From assembly GCA_017623375.1 (NCBI GenBank), contig JAGAPH010000127.1, positions 27,331 to 91,330 on the forward strand: a stretch of DNA of 64,000 bases, written 5' to 3'. This DNA is from Clostridia bacterium (lineage in GTDB: Bacteria; Bacillota; Clostridia; Oscillospirales; CAG-272). The position numbers were made by a program, and so were the translations under genes. Below the pieces are notes generated by a model. The model did not search any database, had not been told where the DNA came from, and saw only the letters and a program-made list of their open reading frames with translations. The stretch's first letter is position 1. The number at the start of each line of letters is the position of its first letter. This document shows, piece after piece, positions 8,255-17,226 of this stretch.

Positions 8255-9562
8255 TTACCTCTTATATAATGTTACATCTATAACAAGTGCATTATGGTCG
8301 GACATATAACCGCCCTTCCACTTATCGATTACATCAAATTTTTCTATACATACGTTCGTGTCCTCGGTATAGAAGCAGTAATCTATACATTTGTACTTAT
8401 TTTGTGGGATATCCACACCTTCTCTGCTATATGCGCTGAAGGTATACAGCTCGGTAGTCTCCTTAGCGGTCTTTCGCGTGTCACGGAGGTTCTCGATCAT
8501 TTGAGTATATATCGGCGAGGTCATTTCGGAATTGAAATCTCCTGTAACGAACACCTTATATCCCTGCGCCTTGAAGCTTTCGATTTTAGGAAGAAGTACG
8601 TCAAGCTCCCTATCTCTCAGCTCCTCATTTTCAGAGGAAAGATGTGTATTTACGTGAACGTACTTGGCGCCTGTTTCCTTATTCTCCAATATCGCCCATC
8701 CCATTGATATGTAGTGCGCCGCGCCAAAGCCCTTCGAGGGAGTATCGGGAGTTTCAGACAACCACATTCTGCCGCAGTCAACAAGCTTTACTTTATTTGG
8801 ATTATACCATATAAAATTTTTGAACGCATAGTCGCTGCCGGCGTATGCTTCCTCCTGAACAGGAACGTAGCCTAACGTACCGATGGTGGCTTTAAGTCTC
8901 TTGTACCAAAAGCTTTCGCATTCCTGCACGCCAAGACTGTCGGGCATGTTGGTCTTTACAAAATCGGTTATTCTCGGCTCTCTGATGCCTTGGTTGTTCA
9001 TCGTTGCGCTATACGCGTATCTCAGATTGAGACTCATTATTCTTGCAGAGGTCTCTTCATGCGCATACTCATAAAGCTCTAAATGCTCTTCGATGTTCTT
9101 GAGCTTGATCTCTCCGTCAACCGACTCTATGTAGTTTTCAAGAAAATAGCTTACCGCTTCTCCAAGTGCTTCCGCGCCACCCGCTATGAGAATTATTTTG
9201 TTGCCGTTTTTGGTAACGAGATGATCAAGGCGAGTAACCTTTTCTGCCGCGCTCTGACTTTCTGAGTATTTAGTATGTCCAACAAGTATTTCCTTGCTCT
9301 CACTATCGTACGTACCGCCCTGCTCGAGGCTATCTGTATCAATGCTAAGCTCCAAGCCGTATTTTGTCTTGATCTGCTTTTGCAGATTGATCGCATGGGA
9401 AGATTCCTTGGAATACTGAGCATCCGAGGAATAGACTATTCTGTAATCCTTGAGTAAATCGGGCGTTTCTTCGGAGCCATCTTCCTTCTTGTGACAGCTA
9501 AAGCAAGCAATACACATAATAATAGTGAGGACAAGACTCATAAATTTGCAAATACTTTTCAT
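8255..9562 (-). CDS. EEP-family lipoprotein with an extra N-terminal domain
   Basis: Start moved to ATG 9562 (AAGGAG 6 nt upstream). The lipoprotein signal is MKSICKFMSLVLTIIMCIACFSC. The C-terminal EEP domain shows GVQEC, HVNTHL, TGDFN and SDHNALVIDV. Confidence 0.8.
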   Translation of the reverse strand: MKSICKFMSLVLTIIMCIACFSCHKKEDGSEETPDLLKDYRIVYSSDAQYSKESSHAINLQKQIKTKYGLELSIDTDSLEQGGTYDSESKEILVGHTKYSESQSAAEKVTRLDHLVTKNGNKIILIAGGAEALGEAVSYFLENYIESVDGEIKLKNIEEHLELYEYAHEETSARIMSLNLRYAYSATMNNQGIREPRITDFVKTNMPDSLGVQECESFWYKRLKATIGTLGYVPVQEEAYAGSDYAFKNFIWYNPNKVKLVDCGRMWLSETPDTPSKGFGAAHYISMGWAILENKETGAKYVHVNTHLSSENEELRDRELDVLLPKIESFKAQGYKVFVTGDFNSEMTSPIYTQMIENLRDTRKTAKETTELYTFSAYSREGVDIPQNKYKCIDYCFYTEDTNVCIEKFDVIDKWKGGYMSDHNALVIDVTLYKR

Positions 9563-9781
9563 GCTATACTCCTTTTTAATTTTAAAGTGATCGTTTCCTT
9601 TATGATTATAACAAGTAAACTGTCGCAGCCAAGTTCTGCTTCCTTTGTTATTTTTGGGGATATTCCTTGCAAATGACAGGAAGGTCAATACTCAAGTAAT
9701 TCGCCGACACTTTAATTATATCACTTTATGGATATATTGAAAAGAGACTATATATTACAATTATAGCATTATATTAAAGTA

Positions 9782-9810
9782 TTGACATATTTAAGCATTT
9801 GTGATATACT
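9782..9810 (+). promoter_or_regulatory. sigma-70-type promoter for the AraC gene
   Basis: TTGACA (9782-9787), a 17-nt spacer, then TATACT (9805-9810). Confidence 0.5.
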
Positions 9811-9848
9811 TAAGTAAAATTGCATAAACGCCAAGGAGAAAATGCGCT

Positions 9849-10676
9849 GTGTATATTATATCAATTACAAATTTAAACCTTTTAATGAAAGGAAATCGAT
9901 TTCTCGTAAAAAACGGTTGGACTCACAATGGGAGAAAACATAACATAAACATTTTGGTCTACGTGGAAGAAGGCGAGTGTACCTTTTTCGTGAATGAAAA
10001 TAAATACCAATTAGAAAAGAACTCCTACATAATAATACCGAAGGGCGTGTTTTATAAGCCATATACAGAAACCTTCTGCCAATACTGTTATTTTAACTTT
10101 TTCGGTGAATACGTAGGACACGTTTTATCAACCGATGATCTGAGCAGTGTGGCTCTTCCTCAGGATATTTCCTTGGACACCTGCTTTATAGTTCCCGAGG
10201 TTGGAAAAGCAACCAAAAAGCTTGTTTTACATCTTCATTCCATTATAGACGATATAAATTCCAACTTAACGGTATCAAAGATGCGCATAAACATATCTCT
10301 TTTAAACGCGCTTAATTGTATTTCTTACGATTACGACATTCGTAACAAAGATGATCTTGCGTCTAAAATACATCAATATATCGTTGAAAATTTTATCAAA
10401 CCAATAGATCTTTCCGATATTTCTTCTTATTTCGGTTATAGTAAGCAGCACATAATCAATCAGTTCAAAAAGGGATACAATATACCGCCCAATGCTTTTA
10501 TCTTACAAAAGCGCTTAGAGCTGAGCTCAATATATCTCCTTGAAACATCTCTGACTATCAACGAAATTTCATCAAAATGCGGATTCAACGATCCAAATTA
10601 TTATTCCAGAGCGTTCAGAGCAAAATATAATATGTCTCCTCAAAAATACAGAGAAAGCTTTTTAAATACGCATTGA
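9849..10676 (+). CDS. AraC-family transcriptional regulator
   Basis: The C-terminal HTH is ...INEISSKCGFNDPNYYSRAFRAKYNMSPQKYRE and the N-terminus is a cupin-like sensor. The start is uncertain: GTG 9849 sits 10 nt after AAGGAG, while ATG 9885 has no RBS. The gene is visibly more AT-rich than its neighbours. Confidence 0.85.
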   Translation: MYIISITNLNLLMKGNRFLVKNGWTHNGRKHNINILVYVEEGECTFFVNENKYQLEKNSYIIIPKGVFYKPYTETFCQYCYFNFFGEYVGHVLSTDDLSSVALPQDISLDTCFIVPEVGKATKKLVLHLHSIIDDINSNLTVSKMRINISLLNALNCISYDYDIRNKDDLASKIHQYIVENFIKPIDLSDISSYFGYSKQHIINQFKKGYNIPPNAFILQKRLELSSIYLLETSLTINEISSKCGFNDPNYYSRAFRAKYNMSPQKYRESFLNTH

Positions 10677-10762
10677 TCTTCAAAGAAATCCCCCGTATAA
10701 TAATAACGGAGGGATTTCTTTTATATAAGAAAAGGAGCCGAGTCAGTGACTCAGCTCCAGTA

Positions 10763-11476
10763 TCAGTTTTTATTTGATTTTATACTCTTTCTAATCCTTC
10801 TTACGTCCTTAAGCATAGCTATTGCGTCATTTATGGGTCTTACCGTAGAATCGCGATGATTGATTATCTTTACAGGCATTTCTATTATAGTCTCACCCAG
10901 CCTTGTCGCCCACATTATGGCTTCAAAATCAAAAGCAAACCCGTTTATTTTGCATTTTGAAAATATCCTATTGGCAGCCTCTCCTCGAAACGCCTTAAAT
11001 CCGCACTGTGAATCACTGAGCTTAAATCTGCCAGCAAAGCACAACACCTTTATGTATATCTTGGACATCAGCTTTCGAATAAACGTATAACCTTCATATC
11101 CGTCTTTCCCAAGATTTCTCGAACCGATAAGTATACTTGCTCCTTCATTTTCCGTCAGCATGCTTATAGCTCTTTTTATTACATCAAGTCCGTAAGCAAG
11201 ATCGGCGTCCGTAAATATACGTATGTCACCGTCTGTATGTAACATAGCATGTCTTACTGCACTTCCCTTTCCTCTGTTATCCTGATATCCAACGACTCTT
11301 ACACATGGAAGATCCAGTGACTCCACAAGCTTCGCTGAGTTATCCTTTGAGCCGTCATCCGAAAACAATATCTCATAGTTATCAAAATTACTACTCATGT
11401 AGTCGGACAGGCATTTTGCCGTATCTTCTATTATCTTGCTTTCATTATACATGGGAATTATTAAGCTTATTTTCAT
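10763..11476 (-). CDS. family-2 glycosyltransferase (polyprenyl/dolichyl-phosphate hexosyltransferase-like), soluble
   Basis: Start at ATG 11476 (GAGGGAAAAATG). The GT2 N-terminal signature is ISLIIPMYNE...FSDDGSKDNS. Confidence 0.8.
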   Translation of the reverse strand: MKISLIIPMYNESKIIEDTAKCLSDYMSSNFDNYEILFSDDGSKDNSAKLVESLDLPCVRVVGYQDNRGKGSAVRHAMLHTDGDIRIFTDADLAYGLDVIKRAISMLTENEGASILIGSRNLGKDGYEGYTFIRKLMSKIYIKVLCFAGRFKLSDSQCGFKAFRGEAANRIFSKCKINGFAFDFEAIMWATRLGETIIEMPVKIINHRDSTVRPINDAIAMLKDVRRIRKSIKSNKN

Positions 11477-11493
11477 TTTTCCCTCTTTTTGAG

Positions 11494-12354
11494 TCAATTA
11501 CTTTTATTGTTTCTATACACCGAGATAATTATATCAACCTCTGTTGTGAGAGACGACAGATCCTTTAATTTTTCTCCGTCAGTTTGGGACGTACGCCAAT
11601 AATACGGAGTCATTGCAAATAGACTCATTATGCTCTCATTACTATCCACGTCTATAGTATAGCTCACTCTGCGCTCGTGCAGTACTTCCATGCTTTTGGG
11701 AAGATCGGCTCTCTCTGAATTAATGTGCGCGGTATTATATATAGTTTGCTTCAAGCCCATTAAATGACGCTCGCCTGCCCACGCTACGATAAGCAAGCCG
11801 TCATCTTTCATAGCTCTTGAAAACTCGGGTTCGGCACACGGAGCAAATATATTAATGATCGCTCCTACAGATGAGTCATTAACAGGCAACTCAAATACGC
11901 TTGCAGTTGTAAAAAAGGTATTTTCAAGACTTTCACGGGAAGCCCGCTTGGAGGCAGCCTCTACGGCAAATTTTGAAAGATCTGCTCCCAATACCGAAAA
12001 GCCGTTTCTTGCAGGAAACAGTGAATAATATCCCTCTCCGCAACCCGCGTCCAGCACAACGCTGCCTTTATCGCAGTACTCATTGACCGTATCGCAAAGC
12101 GCATCTGCAACGGGCCTGTAATATTCCATGTCCAGGAACTCACTTCTTGCTCTAACGGCTTGCTTGGAGTCCCCGCCTCCGCTTTGCTTCGGGGCGCATA
12201 AATTAACATATCCGCTTGACGACAGATCGAAGCAGTGAGTGCGTGGCCCACCGCACACCATGCTTGCTCCGCCGTTTTGGCAAATGGACATTTCGCTTCC
12301 ACATATCGGACATCTGAGTACACTCAGTATTTTTTTATCGTTTAATATTCTCAT
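11494..12354 (-). CDS. rlmA: RlmA-type 23S rRNA (guanine-N1)-methyltransferase-like protein
   Basis: It has an N-terminal Zn-ribbon (CPICGSEM...C...HC), then SGYVNL...GDS...ARSEFL as in RlmA, and the SAM motif VLDAGCGEGYY. Its ATG overlaps the kinase stop (ATGA). Confidence 0.7.
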   Translation of the reverse strand: MRILNDKKILSVLRCPICGSEMSICQNGGASMVCGGPRTHCFDLSSSGYVNLCAPKQSGGGDSKQAVRARSEFLDMEYYRPVADALCDTVNEYCDKGSVVLDAGCGEGYYSLFPARNGFSVLGADLSKFAVEAASKRASRESLENTFFTTASVFELPVNDSSVGAIINIFAPCAEPEFSRAMKDDGLLIVAWAGERHLMGLKQTIYNTAHINSERADLPKSMEVLHERRVSYTIDVDSNESIMSLFAMTPYYWRTSQTDGEKLKDLSSLTTEVDIIISVYRNNKSN

Positions 12355-13931
12355 ATTTTTTCTTCACCTAAGCTGTCATATTCCGCATCTATTATTTCAG
12401 GTATATCCGCCAGCTCCAATTCAAACCAAAAAGTAGATCCCTCCCCGAGAACACTTTCCACTCCGAACGAGGCATGATGTACCTCCAATATCTCCTTAAC
12501 TATCGACAGACCGAGTCCCGTCCCAATGGTCGCCCTCTTATGAACCTTATCCACTCTATAGTAGCGCTCCCATATCTGCTTTATATCCTGCTCCGCGATA
12601 CCCTCTCCCGTATCTGTAACGCTGATCCTTACGGACGCGTTAGTGCAATACTGCTTTACCGCCACATACTTGTCCTTACCGGTATAATTTACGGCGTTAT
12701 TGATAAGATTGTAAATCACCTGCAATATCATACCTCTGTCGGCGATGATTGCCGCATCACGCTCAGAAATAAAATCTATTCGATAACCGTCCTGTCTTAT
12801 AAGCTTTTCGTATCTTGTAAGTGTGTCCTTTACAGTATCAGTAATACTGAATCGCTCAAGATCGGGCTTTCTCGTTCCCGCTTGAAGCTTTGATAGATCG
12901 AGCATGTCGTTTACAAGCTCCGAAAGCCTTGTGGTCTCGTCGATTATGACCTGAACGTTCTCGGGAGTATTTTCTCCGGGAATATCTCTCATTACTTCGC
13001 TATATCCCTTTATCATAGTAAGAGGAGTGCGAAGATCGTGAGATATGTTTGAAATAAGCTCCTTTTGAAGATCATTGGTCTTTGAAAGTTCACGGGAGGC
13101 GTAATTTAGCGTCATCGCAAGCTCATTTATCTCCCTGTATCCCTTACCCGAAAAATCGGCATCGTAATTCCCCTCAGCCAATTTCTTTGCGGCTTCATTC
13201 ATCTTTACAAACGGCTTTGTTATCAGCTTTGATATAAGGGCTGCCAATATCATAGACATCAGCACCATGGCTATACCAATAAAGATAAACTGATATTTCA
13301 AAGTGGAAACGGTAGTCTGCAAAGGAGTCAGATTTGCGTGCTGAACCAGCATGTACGTTTTTCCGTCTACTTCCTCTATCCTCACGTACAGTGTTCCCAC
13401 CGCCTCGCCGTATTTTGTTACGTCGGGGTAAGAATCCTTGTCTCCAAAATTATCCTCAAGCACCTCCAAGGAAAATCCGTTTACGAATTTATCCATAGGC
13501 ACTGTAGCAATATATTTCCCTTCGTTCTTCACCGCCTGAGAATACAATGCCTCAAGCTTATGCGTCAAAAATGGCAGAAACGAAGTCTCGGAGCCATTGG
13601 CATTTGCTATCCACTCTGCCCTCTCTCCCCTTATCTCAAGTAGCCAGATATCAAAATAATACTCCTCCGAGTAAAACATCACGTTGTTTTTTGCATTTTC
13701 ATGATCGCCAAGGGATTCTATTATAGCATTGGCAGATTGCTCAAGCTCATAAAACTTTGCGTTCTGATAGAAGAAGTTAAGCATCTGAACCTGAAAAAAC
13801 CAAATGCTGACGAGTACGCAAACGATAAACACCACAAGTATGGCGAACATCTTCCATTTTATGCCTATCTGCCATTTTGACTTAAGTGCGTATTTTTTTG
13901 ACGCCATATCCGTCTTTTCCATTGCGTTCAC
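12351..13931 (-). CDS. sensor histidine kinase (2 TM, HAMP, HisKA, HATPase)
   Basis: The H-box is ISHDLRTPLT, followed by N/G boxes (NLINNAVNYT, DTGEGI, GTGLGLSIV). Two hydrophobic segments flank a ~170-aa extracellular region. Confidence 0.9.
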   Translation of the reverse strand: MNAMEKTDMASKKYALKSKWQIGIKWKMFAILVVFIVCVLVSIWFFQVQMLNFFYQNAKFYELEQSANAIIESLGDHENAKNNVMFYSEEYYFDIWLLEIRGERAEWIANANGSETSFLPFLTHKLEALYSQAVKNEGKYIATVPMDKFVNGFSLEVLEDNFGDKDSYPDVTKYGEAVGTLYVRIEEVDGKTYMLVQHANLTPLQTTVSTLKYQFIFIGIAMVLMSMILAALISKLITKPFVKMNEAAKKLAEGNYDADFSGKGYREINELAMTLNYASRELSKTNDLQKELISNISHDLRTPLTMIKGYSEVMRDIPGENTPENVQVIIDETTRLSELVNDMLDLSKLQAGTRKPDLERFSITDTVKDTLTRYEKLIRQDGYRIDFISERDAAIIADRGMILQVIYNLINNAVNYTGKDKYVAVKQYCTNASVRISVTDTGEGIAEQDIKQIWERYYRVDKVHKRATIGTGLGLSIVKEILEVHHASFGVESVLGEGSTFWFELELADIPEIIDAEYDSLGEEKI

Positions 13932-13967
13932 AAAGCCACCTCACTCCCTTACAGTCACGATAACAGA

Positions 13968-14657
13968 CTATCCCTCAAATCGATATCCTACTCCTCTGAG
14001 CGTAACTATCATTCTTGCGTATCTTCCAAGGCTCTTTCTCAGAAGCTTGATATGTGTATCCAGCGTTCTTACGTCACCAAAGAAATCATACCCCCATACG
14101 TCGCTTATAAGCTTTTCGCGTGAAAGTGCTATGTTTCTGTTTTCAAGCATATAGAAAAACAGATCGTATTCCTTGGGTGACATATCCACTCTTTCATCGT
14201 CTATATAAACTATCCTTGCGGTAACGTCAGCGCGTAGTCCTCCGCCGTCGAGAGATATCACCAAGTTTTCTTTTTTAGCGTTTGCCGCGCTCCTGTTTTT
14301 GATTCTCTTAAGGACTGCCTCTATTCTTAGCATAAGCTCCTTAGGTGAGAACGGCTTTACGACGTAATCGTCGATACCAAGCTCAAAGCCGTTTATCTTA
14401 TCATACTCCTCGCCTCTTGCGGATAGCATTATTATTGGCACATCAGAATTTTTACGTATCTCTCTGCACGCCGAAAATCCGTCAAGCTCGGGCATCATGA
14501 TATCCATGATTATCAGATCGAACTCCGTTGTCCTCGAGAGATGCACCGCTTCCATTCCGTCTGCCGCCTCGGTAACGGTGTGTCCCTCAAACTCAGCATA
14601 TTTTTTTATGATCGAACGTATTCTCACCTCATCATCTACAACAAGCAAATGATACAT
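13968..14657 (-). CDS. OmpR-family response regulator
   Basis: The receiver domain shows LLVVDDE...DLIIMDIMMPELDG. The C-terminus is a winged helix (...LRGVGYRFE). Confidence 0.9.
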   Translation of the reverse strand: MYHLLVVDDEVRIRSIIKKYAEFEGHTVTEAADGMEAVHLSRTTEFDLIIMDIMMPELDGFSACREIRKNSDVPIIMLSARGEEYDKINGFELGIDDYVVKPFSPKELMLRIEAVLKRIKNRSAANAKKENLVISLDGGGLRADVTARIVYIDDERVDMSPKEYDLFFYMLENRNIALSREKLISDVWGYDFFGDVRTLDTHIKLLRKSLGRYARMIVTLRGVGYRFEG

Positions 14658-14685
14658 TGGTCAATTCTCCTTTATAAGTTGATTA

Positions 14686-16203
14686 TCAGGTCTTTGCGGT
14701 ATTTTCAGTTACCGTAACGGTAATATCTACATAACTGTTATTTCTTACGACCTTCACTGTTACACTGTCCCCTATCTTCAAATTTTTGACAGCCGCATTG
14801 TATTCGCTCAGCGAGGATACCTTTACATTATTGATAGCTACTATCTGGTCGTATTTCTTAAAATCGGAATTGACCGTATCGACCACGTAAAGTCCGTTGG
14901 GATACCAAATCCCCGGTGATCCGTATTGAACCGTAATTCCAAGCGTAGCTCTTCCCGAAATATATCCGAGCTCCAAAAGCTCTTCTATATCATCGGCTAC
15001 CTTATTGGACGGAATAGCAAATCCAAGTCCCTCGATACCCGTGCTTGACTGCTTTGCGTTTACAATACCTACAAGCTCTCCAGCCATGTTGAAAAGTCCG
15101 CCTCCCGAGTTTCCGGGATTTATTGCCGCGTTTGTTTGAAGAAGCGTCATGGTGTTATCTTCGATTATTATCTCACGGTCAAGCGCGCTGATTATTCCAT
15201 TGGTAACAGTTCCGCCAAGCTTACCGAGAGGATTTCCTATTGCCACGACTTCTTCACCAACCTGTATCTTATCACTATCGGCAAATACGGCAAGAGTGAA
15301 TTTCTCGTTACTCTCCACGGGAATACTTATCACGGCTATATCCTCTGCCTCATCTCCCGCGATATAAGTTGCCTTATAATCCTTATAACTGTCCCCATCC
15401 TTTACTCTGACACTTATATCACTTGCTCCGACAACAACGTGATAATTAGTAACTATATATCCGTACTTCTCAGTCTGGTCAAAAATGACCCCGCTTCCCG
15501 CTCCGCTTGTGATATACTGCCCTATCTGAACGTGCGTAGTCGTTATCTCCACAACGCTCTCTCCAACAAGCGCTGCCACCTGTGCTACCGTAAGGTCGGT
15601 ATATCCCATATTTCCGGGAAATTCGCTGACGGTGATCTCTCTGTCACTCTTGATGATATTGATCTCTTCGCCATTATATCCCGAGCCATCCGACACACCA
15701 AAAAAGCTTCCGTCGTAGATCAAAAGACCTATAAAGGCAAAAGCCGCCACAGTAAATAATATACACACGGCACATAGCACCGCCACGAATACCACGCCAA
15801 CCTTTTTCTTTTCCTTCTTTACCTTAGGTGCCGCTCCTGTTGCCACGGTAAAATTCGGAACGTAATATGGGGGAGTATAGTTTGCCGTATATCGGGGAGT
15901 ATTATTTACACTGCCTCTTTCGCCGCCTGTTCTATCTGTTCCCCCTTGGCTTTGATCAGCTTGCCATTTTTCTCCAGAAGCTTTTTCTTCTTCAGCAGTT
16001 GTTTTTGCTTCTTCCGCAACTGCTTTTTCTTTTGAAGCAGTATCTTCTCCTTTTTCTGCAATGACTTCTTCTTTGCTTTGACCGACTTGATCACTTTCTT
16101 TTTTGCTTTCTTCGATATCCTGTGAAGCTTTATTATCATTGTCGGTCACTCCTTCGCCGTTATTCATATTCTTCAGATTTTCATTATCGTAATTATTGTT
16201 CAT
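14686..16203 (-). CDS. htrA: HtrA/DegP-type serine protease with a PDZ domain and a long K/E-rich N-terminal extension
   Basis: The trypsin-fold motifs are TNYHVV and GNSGGGLFN. There is one TM segment, a C-terminal PDZ-like domain and a ~120-aa low-complexity N-terminus. Confidence 0.85.
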   Translation of the reverse strand: MNNNYDNENLKNMNNGEGVTDNDNKASQDIEESKKESDQVGQSKEEVIAEKGEDTASKEKAVAEEAKTTAEEEKASGEKWQADQSQGGTDRTGGERGSVNNTPRYTANYTPPYYVPNFTVATGAAPKVKKEKKKVGVVFVAVLCAVCILFTVAAFAFIGLLIYDGSFFGVSDGSGYNGEEINIIKSDREITVSEFPGNMGYTDLTVAQVAALVGESVVEITTTHVQIGQYITSGAGSGVIFDQTEKYGYIVTNYHVVVGASDISVRVKDGDSYKDYKATYIAGDEAEDIAVISIPVESNEKFTLAVFADSDKIQVGEEVVAIGNPLGKLGGTVTNGIISALDREIIIEDNTMTLLQTNAAINPGNSGGGLFNMAGELVGIVNAKQSSTGIEGLGFAIPSNKVADDIEELLELGYISGRATLGITVQYGSPGIWYPNGLYVVDTVNSDFKKYDQIVAINNVKVSSLSEYNAAVKNLKIGDSVTVKVVRNNSYVDITVTVTENTAKT

Positions 16204-16419
16204 AAATTACCTCCAACCATACGTTCTGTATGTACTATAAACATTATAAAATGATAATGTGACAGTTTTTTGAAGAAATTTGTAATAGTTATTGAATTAA
16301 AGTAAAATATTCATATTTATATAGTCAAAAAAGATAATTGTCCTTGTTTTGACACACAAATTGTGATAAAATATTGGTGTATGATAGTTTATATATTTTT
16401 ACCGAGGGAGGCTCAAAAT

Positions 16420-17199
16420 ATGACTAATAGCAAAAAACGGCATACCCCCTCTAATCCGCATGACCGTATGATAATAAAAAAGCTTTACGCCGAAAACAGA
16501 AGGCTCAACAGAGAGCTTGACCTTATCAAAAAGGAGCTTGACGCATTGGAAGGAAGACGAAGCAAAAAAAGCGCTGTTGACCGATACCACAGTAACTTTG
16601 AGCACGGAACGTCAAACGAATTCCTTTTTTCAAAAAAGAATTATTTTTCTTATATCTACTCCACCATACGCCGCACGTCGATATTTAAGATATATAAGCG
16701 TATAATAGACGTTATCAGAAGATATACCTTTATTACCACTTCCCTTAAAGTCATATCCTTCATCTTCGTATTCATTGAAGCCAGTGTTATTCTGGTGGTA
16801 TCAACCTCGGCGTTCATCATATCACTTGTCATAACACTGCTGGCATCTCACGTTCTGATAATCTTTACTCTCTTCAACAAAAAGAAATGCGATGACCGCA
16901 ACAAAGAGCTTATAAAGAATAAAAACGTTACCGTATTGTTTCCCCCAAAGGGCAGAGCCTTTGAATACGATTCATATTTTTCGGGCTTCGTTTGTGACAC
17001 GGCAAGCGGTAATGATAACGTTTCCATAATAGTATCTCCCTATTCCATAAGCTCACAGGGGCTTCATCACAGCCACAAAAAATATTACAACTCCCGTAGC
17101 GACGGTAATAATATTATTCTTGTGCGCAGGCATTATTATTTCTCACTCAGAAGGAATATAATCGACCCACTTGCAAAGTCTGTCACAGAAATTTTCTGA
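16420..17199 (+). CDS. hypothetical membrane protein (N-terminal coiled coil, 2-3 TM, C-terminal globular part)
   Basis: Start moved to ATG 16420 (GAGGGAGG upstream). It contains KKLYAENRRLNRELDLIKKELDALEG and then hydrophobic segments. I recognise no family. The gene is AT-rich. Confidence 0.55.
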   Translation: MTNSKKRHTPSNPHDRMIIKKLYAENRRLNRELDLIKKELDALEGRRSKKSAVDRYHSNFEHGTSNEFLFSKKNYFSYIYSTIRRTSIFKIYKRIIDVIRRYTFITTSLKVISFIFVFIEASVILVVSTSAFIISLVITLLASHVLIIFTLFNKKKCDDRNKELIKNKNVTVLFPPKGRAFEYDSYFSGFVCDTASGNDNVSIIVSPYSISSQGLHHSHKKYYNSRSDGNNIILVRRHYYFSLRRNIIDPLAKSVTEIF

Positions 17200-17226
17200 T
17201 ACTCCTCACCTTGAAAGGACGTTAGC

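Noticed and set aside
9563-9688. N-terminal extensions in the ORF track, where the first listed Met lies far upstream. Examples: 9688 vs 9562, 59755 vs 59644, 54592 vs 54463, 62230 vs 62167, 49514 vs 49430, 4499 vs 4451, 46295 vs 46361 and 16363 vs 16420.
   Set aside because: In every case an internal ATG has a GGAG-type RBS at 5-9 nt. The protein family, signal peptide or lipobox also begins there. The extensions overlap the upstream gene or promoter.
9842-9943. A 33-codon ORF (MRCVYYINYKFKPF...) starting right after AAGGAG upstream of the AraC gene. It could be a regulatory uORF.
   Set aside because: The RBS-ATG spacing is only 3 nt, the ORF overlaps the AraC reading frame out of frame, and the sequence has no recognisable features. 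The AAGGAG more likely serves the in-frame GTG at 9849.
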